A stretch of DNA of 63,806 bases, counting the filler, from Octopus bimaculoides (Eukaryota): assembly GCF_001194135.2 (NCBI RefSeq). It is 10 parts of 10 records of this genome, joined end to end, with 100 filler letters (N's around TTAATTAATTAA, not from the genome) between each part and the next. Parts side by side here need not be neighbours in the genome. Positions count along the whole stretch, not along the records: positions 45,712 to 57,591 come from NC_068992.1; positions 57,692 to 59,920 come from NW_026310304.1; positions 60,021 to 62,015 come from NW_026312874.1; positions 62,116 to 63,806 come from NC_068981.1; 6 more parts are not named here. One strand, written 5' to 3'. Below the pieces are notes generated by a model that was given only the letters and a program-made list of their open reading frames with translations, ran no database searches and was not told where the DNA came from. Made by a program: the position numbers and the translations under genes. This document shows positions 51,911-63,777 of this stretch, in pieces; the first letter of the stretch is position 1, and each line of letters begins with the position of its first letter.

Positions 51911-52784
51911 AAATATAAAATAACAATAAAAAATAAAAACATACAAAAAGTATATAAAAAAACTATATAGAGTCACAAAAACTCACATATACATGCATAT
52001 GCATGTATACATTACCATATACAGATATACATGGATACAAAGACAAACACATGAGTACATACATGTGTGCTCAGATGCACATACAGATGGCTGTACATGC
52101 ATACCAAAATAGTCAATAGTCAATAGTCACTGTTACCATGTGTGAGGGGGACAGACACACACATATGTATATTCACTTACACATACATACATACATACAT
52201 ATATGTGTTTATAAATACTCCCATACATACATGATCCCTGGTATGAACGTTTTTCGTTGTGTTTGGAAAGCTGTTTATATGCTAAATCTGTGGGGTATGT
52301 GCGTGTCAGTTCTGTATGTGGTAGAGGGGTCTATGTAGAAATTATTTCTTGAGGAGTTGATATAATAATAACAATAATATTAATATGTCAACTTTTTAGA
52401 AATTGTGATGAGGTACTCCGTTATTTTTTCGTATGGAGAAGATGGGGTCCTTCTAGTAGTGGGTATTTAGAATCATTGTATGTATGTGTAGGGGAATATA
52501 TATGTGTCTGTCCCCCTCACATATGGTAACAGTGACTATTTTGGTATGCATGTACAGCCATCTGTGTATGTGCATCTGAGTACACATATATGTACTCATG
52601 TGTTTGTCTTTGTATCCATGTATATCTGTATATGGTAATGTATACATGCCTATGCATGTATATATGAGTTTTTATGACTCTATATGGTTTTTAATATACT
52701 TTTTGTATGTTTTTATATTTTTATTTTTTATTGTTATTTTATATTTGTTTGTAAATTTTGCAAAATTCATGAAATGAATTTTGT

Positions 52785-52920
52785 AAATCTCTGAAGAGGC
52801 CTAGTGAATCATGCATGTACCCCCATTACATCATTTTCATCTACTAATTACTCCAGCATACTGGAGTTATACAGATAGAATGGGGCATGCCAACACTAGG
52901 CTGAAATAGCTGTAAGATTT
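52785..52920 (+). ncRNA. Type I hammerhead ribozyme motif (minimal stem III, extended stem II), right arm
   Basis: Stem I aaatct(52785-90)/agattt(52915-20); core CTGAAGA 52791-97; stem II ggcctagtg/cactaggct closing an ~87 nt hairpin insert; GAAA 52903-06; stem III T.G around palindromic AGCT; cleavage triplet GTA ending 52914. Confidence 0.7.
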
Positions 52921-53263
52921 TGCCCCTTCTCCAATTGCTAGATGTCCATTAAATTTGAAATCTTAATTGTTGATATGACATGGTATGTCATAAGTGTCTG
53001 TATATTGTCTTTTGTCATTTTGGTTATAAAATAAACAGATTAATCAATGGAATATAGTGTCTGCAAGTTGATGAGTACCTCATATTCCCCTCCATTTTCT
53101 TATTGCTATATAAATTTAGGGTAAAAAAAACCCTTTTACTTGCACCCACTTATTGCACTTGATATAACACTAGTGTAACAATAATTGGGTACCCTCCCAG
53201 CAGTATATTGGATATATATTATTCCTTAGTGGATTGAATCCTCAACCCCTAACTCTCTTGGAG

Positions 53264-53296
<33 letters not shown>

Positions 53297-53544
53297 TATA
53301 TTAAGGACATTACTATACATAAATGCCTCATGCTAGAAGGGACTCTAAAAGTTAAAACTACCATAATAAACACATTGTACTGAACACGAGGGAATGCAAC
53401 TCTCAAAGCAAGCCTTTTAAAAACAGATTCAGCTGCAGATCATATGATTTCATAATTAGTGCACAAAATGCACTTTTTAATTGTCAGTGCGTGCATAATC
53501 AAGACACATAAAAATGAATAAAAATCAACATACCAGACGAACAC

Positions 53545-56095
53545 CAAATGATACATTGCTTATTGTTCCTGCACATCTGCCACATACAAAGACTACTTTA
53601 TCTGTTAATCTACCTGTGATTCCACTGCACCTCTTATGTGTCCGTAGTTTACACTGGGCGCAGCGAATGGAATTTCTCCCCAACTCTTTTCCTACATATG
53701 GAGCAGTGCCATTTACCTGATGGAAAGGAAGTTTTATCTTTTTTCTTACTAACAACCACTTTTATTTTAGCTAGGTTAACTTTAAGGCCCTTTGATTCCA
53801 GGTTTTGTTTCCATACCTGGTATTTCTTCTCCAATTCTGCTAAAGATTCTGCATTAAGAATAAGGTCATCAGCATATAGTGGTTCCCATGGGCACCCATG
53901 TTATGGCCTGGAGGACAATAAGGAATAAGAGTGGGCTGGGAACTGAGCCCTGGTGAACCCCTAGCTGAATGCTAAATTCATCACTGTATTCATGGCCGAA
54001 TCTCACCTCACTAACAGCACCATTGTACATGGCTTGGACAGCTCTAACAAGCCACTTCTCTACTCCTAACCTCCTTAGAGACCACCATATAACAAAGCAT
54101 GGAACTCTGTCAAAGGCTTTCTCCAGGTCAATGAAGGCTAAGTACAATGGCTTACTTTTGGCCAAGTACTTTTCCTGCAGCTGTCTCACTAGGAAGATGG
54201 CATCTGTAGTACACTTCCTAGGCACAAAACCAAACTGCATCTCATCTAGTTTAATTCTATTTCTAATCAATTGAGCTATAACCCTCTTGGTAACTTTCAT
54301 GACTTGGTCTAGCAGTTTGATACCTCTGTAGTTGTTTCTATCTAAAGCATCACCTTTACCCTTATAGCAGCTAACTATAATGCTACTACACCAGTCATTG
54401 GGGATGGCGCCTTCCTGAATAACCTGATTAACTATATGGGTGACTAAGCTGTATCCTACACTACTGGAAATTTTAATCATCTCAGCAGCGATTCCTGATG
54501 GCCCAGGGGCCTTTCCCTGTCCTCATGTCCTTCATTGTCTTATCTATTATGCTGCTATCAACTGTGATCGCTGGTCCCTCAATTGGTTCAATATTTGGTA
54601 AACTCTCCTTCTCCCATTCACTTCTCACATTTAGTAACCTTTCATAGTGATACCTCCATGCATTTTCCTTCTCTGAGTCACCAAATGCAAGCATACCATT
54701 ATCCATTTGCACACATTTCTTACCTACCACATCTCTATTTTCTCTGATACACTGCTTTGCAATCTTAAACACCTCATGCCTCTGATCCCCATGTTGTAGG
54801 ACATTTGCAAATCTCTTACCTTCAGCTATTCCTTTTGCTATGTAAACCTGACGCCTAGCTGCCCTTTTGGCTACCTGATATAATTCTCTGCTTCCATCAT
54901 TTTCCAGTCTTTTCAGGACTGTCTCTTTGCTTTTAAAACACTGTCAACCCCCTTGCTCCACCACATCTCCTTTGGTCTAGTTGGGACTCTGCACCAACCA
55001 CTAATTTCATCCATAGCCTTCAGTAAATTATCCCTCAAGAACGTCCAGTTGTCCTCTAAGCTATGTGTCCCCAACACTTCCTCTCTTTCGTCAGAAGCTT
55101 CCATAAGGAAATCTCTAAATTTTTGTCTGTTTGCTAGGTCTTTGAGCTTCCATAGTCTTCTTTTCCAGATTGGTTCATTTCTCCTAGTCTTTCTAGCTCT
55201 AATTCTGAAGTCACTAACTCGTAACTTATGTTGGGTTCTACACGCTTCACCTGGAAAGACTTTGTATTTTTAAACATTCATCTATCTCATTGCCTGGTGA
55301 GGAGGTAGTCAATCTGGTTTATGTGCCCACTAGACTGATAAGTGATTAAGTGGCTGGCAGGTTTTTTGAAGTTAGTGCTGCAGATCATAAAATCATTTGC
55401 ATCACAGAACTCCAGCAGTCTTGTTCCCTCCTCATTTCTAGGTCCAAAACCATAGCCTTCATGCACTCCCTGGAATCCATGGGGATGCTGTTCAACATGT
55501 CTATTGAAGTCATCGGCCATAATAACAAAGTCTTTGTCATTTGTCGTTGAGGTAGTCTGCAAAAGGACCTCATAGAATCGGTCCATCTGCTCATCAGCCA
55601 GCCCAGACTGAGGAGCATAGACAGAGATAACTGTTAATTTACCTGTGATAAGTCTCATGTTAATTATCCTATCACATATTCTGATCACTTCATTTACCAT
55701 ATCTACCTACATTTCTTCTAACAGTATACCTACTCCACCCACTCCATCATACCTGCCGATCCAGAAGAATTTGAATCTCTGTCTCTTACCAGTGAAGAAT
55801 CTAGCTGAGGCTCCCCTCCATCTTACTTCTTGTACACCATATACATCAACATGGCGTCGCTCTAACATTTCAGCAATTTCCCCACTCCTTGCTTTCATTG
55901 TGCCGACATTGATGGTAGCAGCCCTGAGATAAAGTACTTGGGAGTGGTTATGGTAAGGTTATTGTGAGAATTTTGTCATCACCTAAAACAAAGATCTGTG
56001 AAATTGCTTGCCAGCTTGCATAGAGCTTAGATACAGAGTTTATTCAGTGAATCAAATGGACCCAGTCTCCCTTACCTCGTCCAACATCTAGAGCA
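53545..56095 (-). mobile_element. RTE-clade LINE, decayed and 3'-truncated: APE endonuclease, reverse transcriptase and PHD-like finger
   Basis: Minus ORF fragments: ATINVGTMKARSGEIAEMLERRHVDVYGVQEVRW, ISVYAPQ, DFNRHV, QIDYLL (APE); NNYRGIKLL, EMQFGF, AFIDLEKAFDRVP, GVHQGSVPSPLLF and YADD (tatgctgatgac near 53868-53879) (RT). Several stops and frameshifts. Confidence 0.93.
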
Positions 56096-56582
56096 AGAGC
56101 CAACAAGTGAGTATGAGAAAGTAGGGTGGTTACATAGAGCAGCTTAAGTATTATATGTCTAAATATTCAACTGTATATGACACACATCAGGGCACTTGTA
56201 TGAGGGTTATAAGGAGGGGGTATAAGGGTATGCACAAAATATGTGTATTCACATACACAGCACATGAAACTCCAGGTGAAAATGTTACGAGCTAAAATGG
56301 TGGTGGTGGTGTGTGTGTGTGTGGGGGGGGTGTAATGGGTGTGCAAAAATGTAGTATTTAATAATAATAATTATTCTTATCATTAAAATATTAATACTAA
56401 ATTAATATGCATGTACGTTTTAATTGATAAATTTATCTCAAAATAATAAAAACTTATTTGTTGATTCAAGAAAGGGTGAATGAGTGAGTTGTTGATTCAA
56501 GAGCATCAGCAAGGAAAAGGAACAATATTTGGGAATGTATTTTAAACATATGAAAGATGCTGCACGTAAACTATATATATGA

Positions 56583-56950
56583 TGGGCTTCTTTTAGTTTC
56601 TGTCTACCAAATCCACTAACAAGGCTTTGGTTGGCCTGAGGCTATAGTAGAAGACACTTGCCTAAGATGCCATACAGTGGGACTGAACCCAGAATCATGT
56701 GGTTGGAAAGCAAGCTTCTTACCACACAGCAACTCTTGTGCCTATATATGTGTCTTTGTTTTTCCCCTACCAATGTTTGATAATCGGTGTTGGTATGTTT
56801 ATGTCCTTGCAACTTAGCAGTTCCGTAAAAAAAGAACCAGGCCATAACGCAAAAAAGTACTGCGGTCAATTCATTCGACTAAAAAAATTCTTCAAGGTGG
56901 TGCCCCAGCATGGCCACAGTTTAATGACTGAAATAAGTAAAAGAATAAAG
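56583..56950. mobile_element. SINE family A with the 5' half inverted relative to the 3' half
   Basis: 56583-56745 is the reverse complement of the 5' half with the head at the inner junction; 56746-56950 is the 3' half in forward orientation. Confidence 0.75.
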
Positions 56951-57407
56951 ATAAAGATTGAAGTAATTAAAGTTTATTAAAATCTGTTATGTGCTACAGA
57001 AGCAGTATTTGATTAAAATAGGCATCTGTGTATCATACATAATGTAGATACATTGCAAAAAGGCAAATTAACTGTAATATTTGTTTGGAGATAATATCTC
57101 TTATAGGCTTACTGTATTTAAAAAACACAAAACTATATTAGTAGCAGACAAAAATCGTTCAGCAGTGATGTAAGAGCACCAGATACACATTACTGCTTTG
57201 TTGAGTTTTGTCAGCTGCATGTGGCCATTGCTAATTGCATGCTAAGACAGAATTCATGACAACTGATATAGGAGAACATTGAGTGAAAAATCACTGATGT
57301 TTCAATGTCTAGCTGAATAAAAGTCTGCTGTATGCAACAGAAGCAGTACTAGATTAAAATAGGCATCCGTGTTTCATACTTAGAGCAGTTACTTCATGAA
57401 AGGTGTT

Positions 57408-57591
57408 ATAGGTGCAGGAGTGGCTGTGTAGTAAGTAGCTTGCTTACCAACCACATGGTTCCGGGTTCAGTCCCACTGCATGGCACCTTGGGCAAGTGTC
57501 TTCTACTATAGCCTCGGTCCAACCAATGCCTTGTGAGTGGATTTGGTAGACGGAAACTGAAAGAAGCCCATTGCACATATATATATATATA
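57408..57591 (+). mobile_element. SINE family A 5' half
   Basis: ataggtgcaggagtggctgtgtagtaag...gaaagaagccc then (TA)n into a gap. Confidence 0.85.
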
Positions 57592-57690
57592 NNNNNNNNN
57601 NNNNNNNNNNNNNNNNNNNNNNNNNNNNNNNNNNNTTAATTAATTAANNNNNNNNNNNNNNNNNNNNNNNNNNNNNNNNNNNNNNNNNNN

Positions 57691-59920
57691 NAACGAATGA
57701 ACAAACAAACGTACGTACGTAGGAACGAACGCATGTGCGAAGGAAAGAAAAATCGAACGAAAAAACAAATGAACGTTCATACATCCGTACGTAGAAACGA
57801 TCGAACGAGCGAACAAACGTACGCACGTACGCACGAAAGAACTAACGTACGTCCGTACGAACGAACAAACGAACGAAAGAACGATTGAACGTATGTACGT
57901 ACATACGTAAGAATGAACGTACGAACGAGCGTACGTACGTACGAATGAACGTGCGTACGTACGAACGATCGAACGAACGAACGAAGGAAAGAACGAAGTA
58001 ACGAATGAACGTACGTACTTACGTACGTAAGAACGAACGAACGAAAGAACGAACGTAATTACGTGCGTACGAACGAATGAACGTAGGTAGGTTCGTATAT
58101 AAGTACCTACGTACGAACGTACGTAAATACGTCCGTACGTACGTAACAACGAAGGAACGAACAAACCAATGAACGAACGAACTAACGTACTCACGTACGT
58201 AAGTAGGAACGAACGAACGTACGCACGTATGTACGTCCGTACGAAACATGAAAGAAATGAATGAAAGAACGTAAGTACGTACGAAAGAACGAACGAACGA
58301 AAGAATTAACGAACGAACGAATGAACGAAAGAAGGAACGAACGATCGAACAAACGAATTAACGAACAAATGTAGGTACATACGTACGAACGAACGAACAA
58401 GCGTACGTACGACGGAACAAATGAACGAACGAACGTACGTACGTACGAACGAACGTACGTACGTACGAACGAACGTACGTACGTACGAACGAACGTGCGT
58501 ATGTACGAACGAGCGTACGTACGAACGTACGGACCGACGAACGAACGAACGAATGAAACGAACGAACGAACGACCTAATGAACGAACGTACGTATGNNNN
58601 NNNNNNNNNNNNNNNNNNNNNNNNNNNNNNNNNNNNNNNNNNNNNNNNNNNNNNNNNNNNNNNNNNNNNNNNNNNNNNNNNNNNNNNNNNNNNNNNNNNN
58701 NNNNNNNNNNNNNNNNNNNNNNNNNNNNNNNNNNNNNNNNNNNNNNNNNNNNNNNNNNNNNNNNNNNNNNNNNNNNNNNNNNNNNNNNNNNNNNNNNNNN
58801 NNNNNNNNNNNNNNNNNNNNNNNNNNNNNNNNNNNNNNNNNNNNNNNNNNNNNNNNNNNNNNNNNNNNNNNNNNNNNNNNNNNNNNNNNNNNNNNNNNNN
58901 NNNNNNNNNNNNNNNNNNNNNNNNNNNNNNNNNNNNNNNNNNNNNNNNNNNNNNNNNNNNNNNNNNNNNNNNNNNNNNNNNNNNNNNNNNNNNNNNNNNN
59001 NNNNNNNNNNNNNNNNNNNNNNNNNNNNNNNNNNNNNNNNNNNNNNNNNNNNNNNNNNNNNNNNNNNNNNNNNNNNNNNNNNNNNNNNNNNNNNNNNNNN
59101 NNNNNNNNNNNNNNNNNNNNNNNNNNNNNNNNNNNNNNNNNNNNNNNNNNNNNNNNNNNNNNNNNNNNNNNNNNNNNNNNNNNNNNNNNNNNNNNNNNNN
59201 NNNNNNNNNNNNNNNNNNNNNNNNNNNNNNNNNNNNNNNNNNNNNNNNNNNNNNNNNNNNNNNNNNNNNNNNNNNNNNNNNNNNNNNNNNNNNNNNNNNN
59301 NNNNNNNNNNNNNNNNNNNNNNNNNNNNNNNNNNNNNNNNNNNGAACGAATGATCGTACGTACGTACGGAAGAACGAAACAAACGAATGAACGAACGATT
59401 GAACGAAACAAACAAACGAATGAACGAACGAGCGAAAGAACGAACGGACGAACGAACGAACGAGCAAACGAAAGAACGTACGTACGTACGTATGTACGAA
59501 CAAACGAAGGAACGAATGAACAAACAAACGTACGTACGTAGGAACGAACGCATGTGCGAACGAAAGAAAAATCGAACGAAAAAACAAACGAACGTACATA
59601 CATCCGTACGTAGAAACGATCGAACGAGCGAACAAACGTACGCACGTACGCACGAGAGAACTAACGTACGTCCGTACGTACGAACGAACAAACGAAGGAA
59701 AGAACGATTGAACGTATGTACGTTCATACGTAAGAATGAACGTACGTACGTTAGAACGACCGAACGAACGAACGAACGAACGTAATTACGTACTACGAAC
59801 GCATGAACGTAGGTAGGTACGTATATAAGTACCTACGTACGAACGTACGTAAATACGTCCGTACGTAAGTACGAACGAACGTAATTATGTACGTACGAAC
59901 GAATGAACGTAGGTAGGTAC
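57691..59920. repeat. CpG-rich complex tetranucleotide satellite (AACG/TACG/ACGT mosaic) with a higher-order duplication
   Basis: Mosaic of aacg, tacg and gaac units; 57691-57920 recurs at 59512-59745, and 58050-58145 recurs at 59778-59868. Confidence 0.95.
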
Positions 59921-60020
59921 NNNNNNNNNNNNNNNNNNNNNNNNNNNNNNNNNNNNNNNNNNNNTTAATTAATTAANNNNNNNNNNNNNNNNNNNNNNNN
60001 NNNNNNNNNNNNNNNNNNNN

Positions 60021-60061
<41 letters not shown>

Positions 60062-60065
<4 letters not shown>

Positions 60066-60604
60066 TTCCCTGGAATATTCCCTTTGAAATGCTTAGCAGC
60101 AATTAAGGTAGTAGGTACCTTTGCCAGGTGTAGGCATTTCAACAGCCATGAATGAGAGATAGAGTCGAATGCCTTCCTATAGTCGAGCCATACTGTCACA
60201 AGGTTTCTATGTTGTTTTCTTACTTCAGACAGTATAGCTTTGTTTATTAAAAGCTGTTCGGCACATCCCCACATTCCCTTCTTTCCACTAGCCTGTTCAT
60301 CAGTCACAATGTTGTTCGACTCACAATGGGTCTGGAGGAATTGGTTCAGGCAACTTGTGTACAGCTTGTACATAATGTTTAGGCAAGCAATTAGGCAATC
60401 TTGTTGCAAAAAATGAAATCACCGAGATGGCAAGATTTGCATTTGCTGTAGCAAGCCAATTAGGTATATCAGTCTGATCTTCCATAGTCCTTTTGAAAAT
60501 ACATATCAATTGGTTTCTATTAATGTCAGCTTCTTGTACCGTTAGGCCCCTTTCAGAGGCCTTCCCATTCTGCAGTTTGCCTACTGCTATAGCGAAAGTT
60601 TCCT
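60062..60604 (-). mobile_element. R4/Dong LINE reverse transcriptase fragment
   Basis: IACLNIMYKLYTSCLNQFLQTHCESNNIVTDEQASGKKGMWGCAEQLLINK..VWLDYRKAFDSISHSWL. Confidence 0.88.
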
Positions 60605-61457
60605 CCATACTTGAACCTTGCTGGAGCTGGTTTGTTATTTTGAAGTTCAATGAAGCTTTTTTGTGTGTCAGTGTTATATGGACTGTTAAATTTGTAATTC
60701 GTCTGACGTTCCGTGCGTCACTATGGTTCGTCTGAGTTCATTGTTTCATTGTTGTTGTCTTGTGTGACTGTCGCAGTAAAATGTCATTGATATATAGGTG
60801 GCGGACATGACTTTTGTTTAACACAGCGAACATTGGGTGAGTGCGTTCTTTGTATGTAATTGACTAATAAATGTAATAATTAAATTGTACAACTCGTTGT
60901 GTTATCTCTACGAGTCTTCCGAGAGAAATACAACAGTCAGTATCGACTTCAGATGGATCAACAATGAAGGGATCCACAAACCACTATGGCGCCATCATTT
61001 GGAGTAGATCAGAGAAGCGAGTTTCCATATCATTACGTAACTGCTTCAAATGATCAACATAAGCTGTTAGGTCATCATCAAGCAGCTCAGTGGATATGCT
61101 TGCTAAGGTAGGAAACTGTCTTCCAAGATTCAACCAGAATAACTTTAGTTTCCCGTTGAAGGTTTTAATTTTCTCTTTGCAAGAAAACAGAGTGGAGTTA
61201 TTTCCTTGAAGTTCTTTAAGGACATTTAGCTTTGCAAGTATGTCAGGCAAGTAAAAAATATTACTCTTTGTATCGACAAGTTTTTCTCCAAGTTCTGTTT
61301 CACTCAAAAAAGAAATAACAGTATCCCCAAGTGCAACAAATCAATGCAGGCAATTACCTTTGGATAGCCATCTGGCTTCAGTATGTAACACAACTCATTC
61401 AAATTCCTTGTCGTTATTCTCACATAATTGCTTAAAGAATCTTGCAGTGCATTTTTT
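60605..61457 (-). mobile_element. hAT (Buster/Charlie-like) transposase fragment interrupted by a solo LTR
   Basis: FFKQLCENNDKEFE*VVLHTEARWLSKG...IFYLPDILAKLN..LQG...ETRFSDL..WFVDPF..DPSEVD|QKSFIELQNN; reading resumes across the LTR. Confidence 0.85.
60672..60935 (+). mobile_element. Solo LTR (264 bp)
   Basis: TGTT...AACA termini with a 5 bp target-site duplication GTCAG (60667-71 and 60936-40); internal TATA-like gatatata and AATAAA. Confidence 0.85.
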
Positions 61458-62115
61458 NNNNNNNNNNNNNNNNNNNNNNNNNNNNNNNNNNNNNNNNNNN
61501 NNNNNNNNNNNNNNNNNNNNNNNNNNNNNNNNNNNNNNNNNNNNNNNNNNTAGACACTGAGGGAAAATGGCTGTAACTTTTTTATTTTTTAATTTTGACG
61601 ATTTTCGTTTTCGATAATGTGTTCTATATGTCACGGTCATGCGATTCCCCCTTAAAAAAATTTTGATTTTTTAAATTTTCATTTTTGACATTGTGTTCTA
61701 CATGTCCAGGTCGTACGAATAGCCTTCTCGCAACTTAGATGTGAAAATGAACGGATTACATTTATATTGAAACAGAAAAAGGATCATATGTGGAGTCCCC
61801 ACCACGAAACTTGATATGCTAGAAATAACAGCTAAACGCGGACAATCCAAATCTTGCATTGGTCCAGATGGACTATATGTAAATAGATATGAAGGAAAAA
61901 ATGCGCTTCGGCAAACGGGGTTAGGGCTAGGTTTTGAGTTAGGGTAAACCTAACCCTAACCCTACCCAGATTTGGCTGTTATTTCTAGCATGTAAATAGC
62001 CTGCTTGGTGAGGGGNNNNNNNNNNNNNNNNNNNNNNNNNNNNNNNNNNNNNNNNNNNNTTAATTAATTAANNNNNNNNNNNNNNNNNNNNNNNNNNNNN
62101 NNNNNNNNNNNNNNN

Positions 62116-62177
<62 letters not shown>

Positions 62178-62774
62178 TAGTTAGAAGCCGAATTTTTAAA
62201 ATGTAAGTAAAAATTAGAACACTTCCAATCTATAGATCTGTATGCCAATCTGACAACTTTGCACAGGATCTATATAATTGTAGTGGTAACTTATAGATTA
62301 GTGTATGCTGTGTACTAGATTCACAAGTTAAAATTGTTTATTATAATGATAAATTGTTAGAACTCCGACTATTTAAATTCTGAATCCTACCCAATATATA
62401 TATACTATTACTCCTGGAAATTGATACGGTATATCACGATATATTCAATGGGAAAAATCTATGCAAATATTCTTCATTTTTTTTTTTCTCTTTTTCACGT
62501 CAGCTGTCATCTACATTTGCCAAGCTGGGGGATACTTTGCATAATAAGACGTGTGTGTGTAAGTGTTTGTGTGTGTGAGAGAGAGAGAGTTATGACTAGT
62601 AGTGAACCACAGGAGATTCGATCGTCATTGTGCATCTTTTACAAAATCAGTAAAACGAAATGAAACTAAAAAATATCTCTAAAGTTAATTAGGACTGCCT
62701 TTCATAATAATTAATATCATTAGCAGTAGCGTTGTTGTTGTTGTTGTTGTTATTATTATTATTATTATTTATTA

Positions 62775-62830
<56 letters not shown>

Positions 62831-63045
62831 TTTAATCATAATTCGGCAAGCTGGCAGAATCGTTAGCCTAAGGGACATATTCTGAGTTCAAATTCCGCCG
62901 AGGCCAAATTTACCTTCCCCACTTTTGGGGCAGATGAATTAAGTACCAGTTACGCACTGGGGGATCAATGTAGTTCACTAGTCCCACTAACCTAAAATTT
63001 CAGGACTTCTACCTTCACTAGAAATTATAATTATTATTATTATTA

Positions 63046-63086
<41 letters not shown>

Positions 63087-63370
63087 CATAATTCAGCAAG
63101 GTGGCAGATTCATTAGCCTACAGACAGAGATTTGAGCAGCATTTCGTCCGTGTTTCCTTTCTGGGTTCAAATTCCGACGAGGTCAACTTTGATTTTCATC
63201 ATTGCATATACCGACTGGAGTGGGTATAATCGACTTATCCTTACCCTCAAATTTGGTAATCTTGTGCCTAAATTTGAAACCGTTATTATTATTATAGTTA
63301 TTATTAACCATCATTATCATCATTATCAACATTATCATCATCATTATTATTATTTTGTTGTTGTTGTTGG

Positions 63371-63406
<36 letters not shown>

Positions 63407-63733
63407 ATCGGTTACATGTACAACAATTTTCTAAATTTTGATGACAGGAATACTTAAGTTACCTCAAAAACGTATCAATAGATTCAGTTACAACCGAACT
63501 ATAGGCAACATGTATATACGTGTCGGTGCGCGCGTGCACACACACGCATGTATATGCGAATGCACATGAACATATATGGATATGCACATGTATCTCTCTA
63601 TCTCTCTGTCTATATATATAAATATATAAATATATAAATATGTATATATATATATATATACCGGAGTAAGCACATGAAATGTGCAACAAGGTGGAAAAAA
63701 GAGTACTCAAATACCAGAGGTAGAGTAATATGC

Positions 63734-63777
63734 TTTATTTAAAAGCAGCAGAAATATTTCTGCTGCTTTTAAATAAA
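63734..63777. repeat. Perfect 44 bp spacerless palindrome
   Basis: tttatttaaaagcagcagaaat|atttctgctgcttttaaataaa. Confidence 0.95.

Larger units (their letters stand above)
50953..53112. mobile_element. Long inverted-repeat (foldback) element, probably non-autonomous Penelope-like (inverted pLTR pair)
   Basis: Left arm 50953-51321 plus 51911-52191 (split by a SINE) is the reverse complement of right arm 52477-53112. Spacer ~285 bp; TA-rich flanks. Each arm has a hammerhead motif; an AATAAA lies downstream of it near 53030. Confidence 0.75.
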
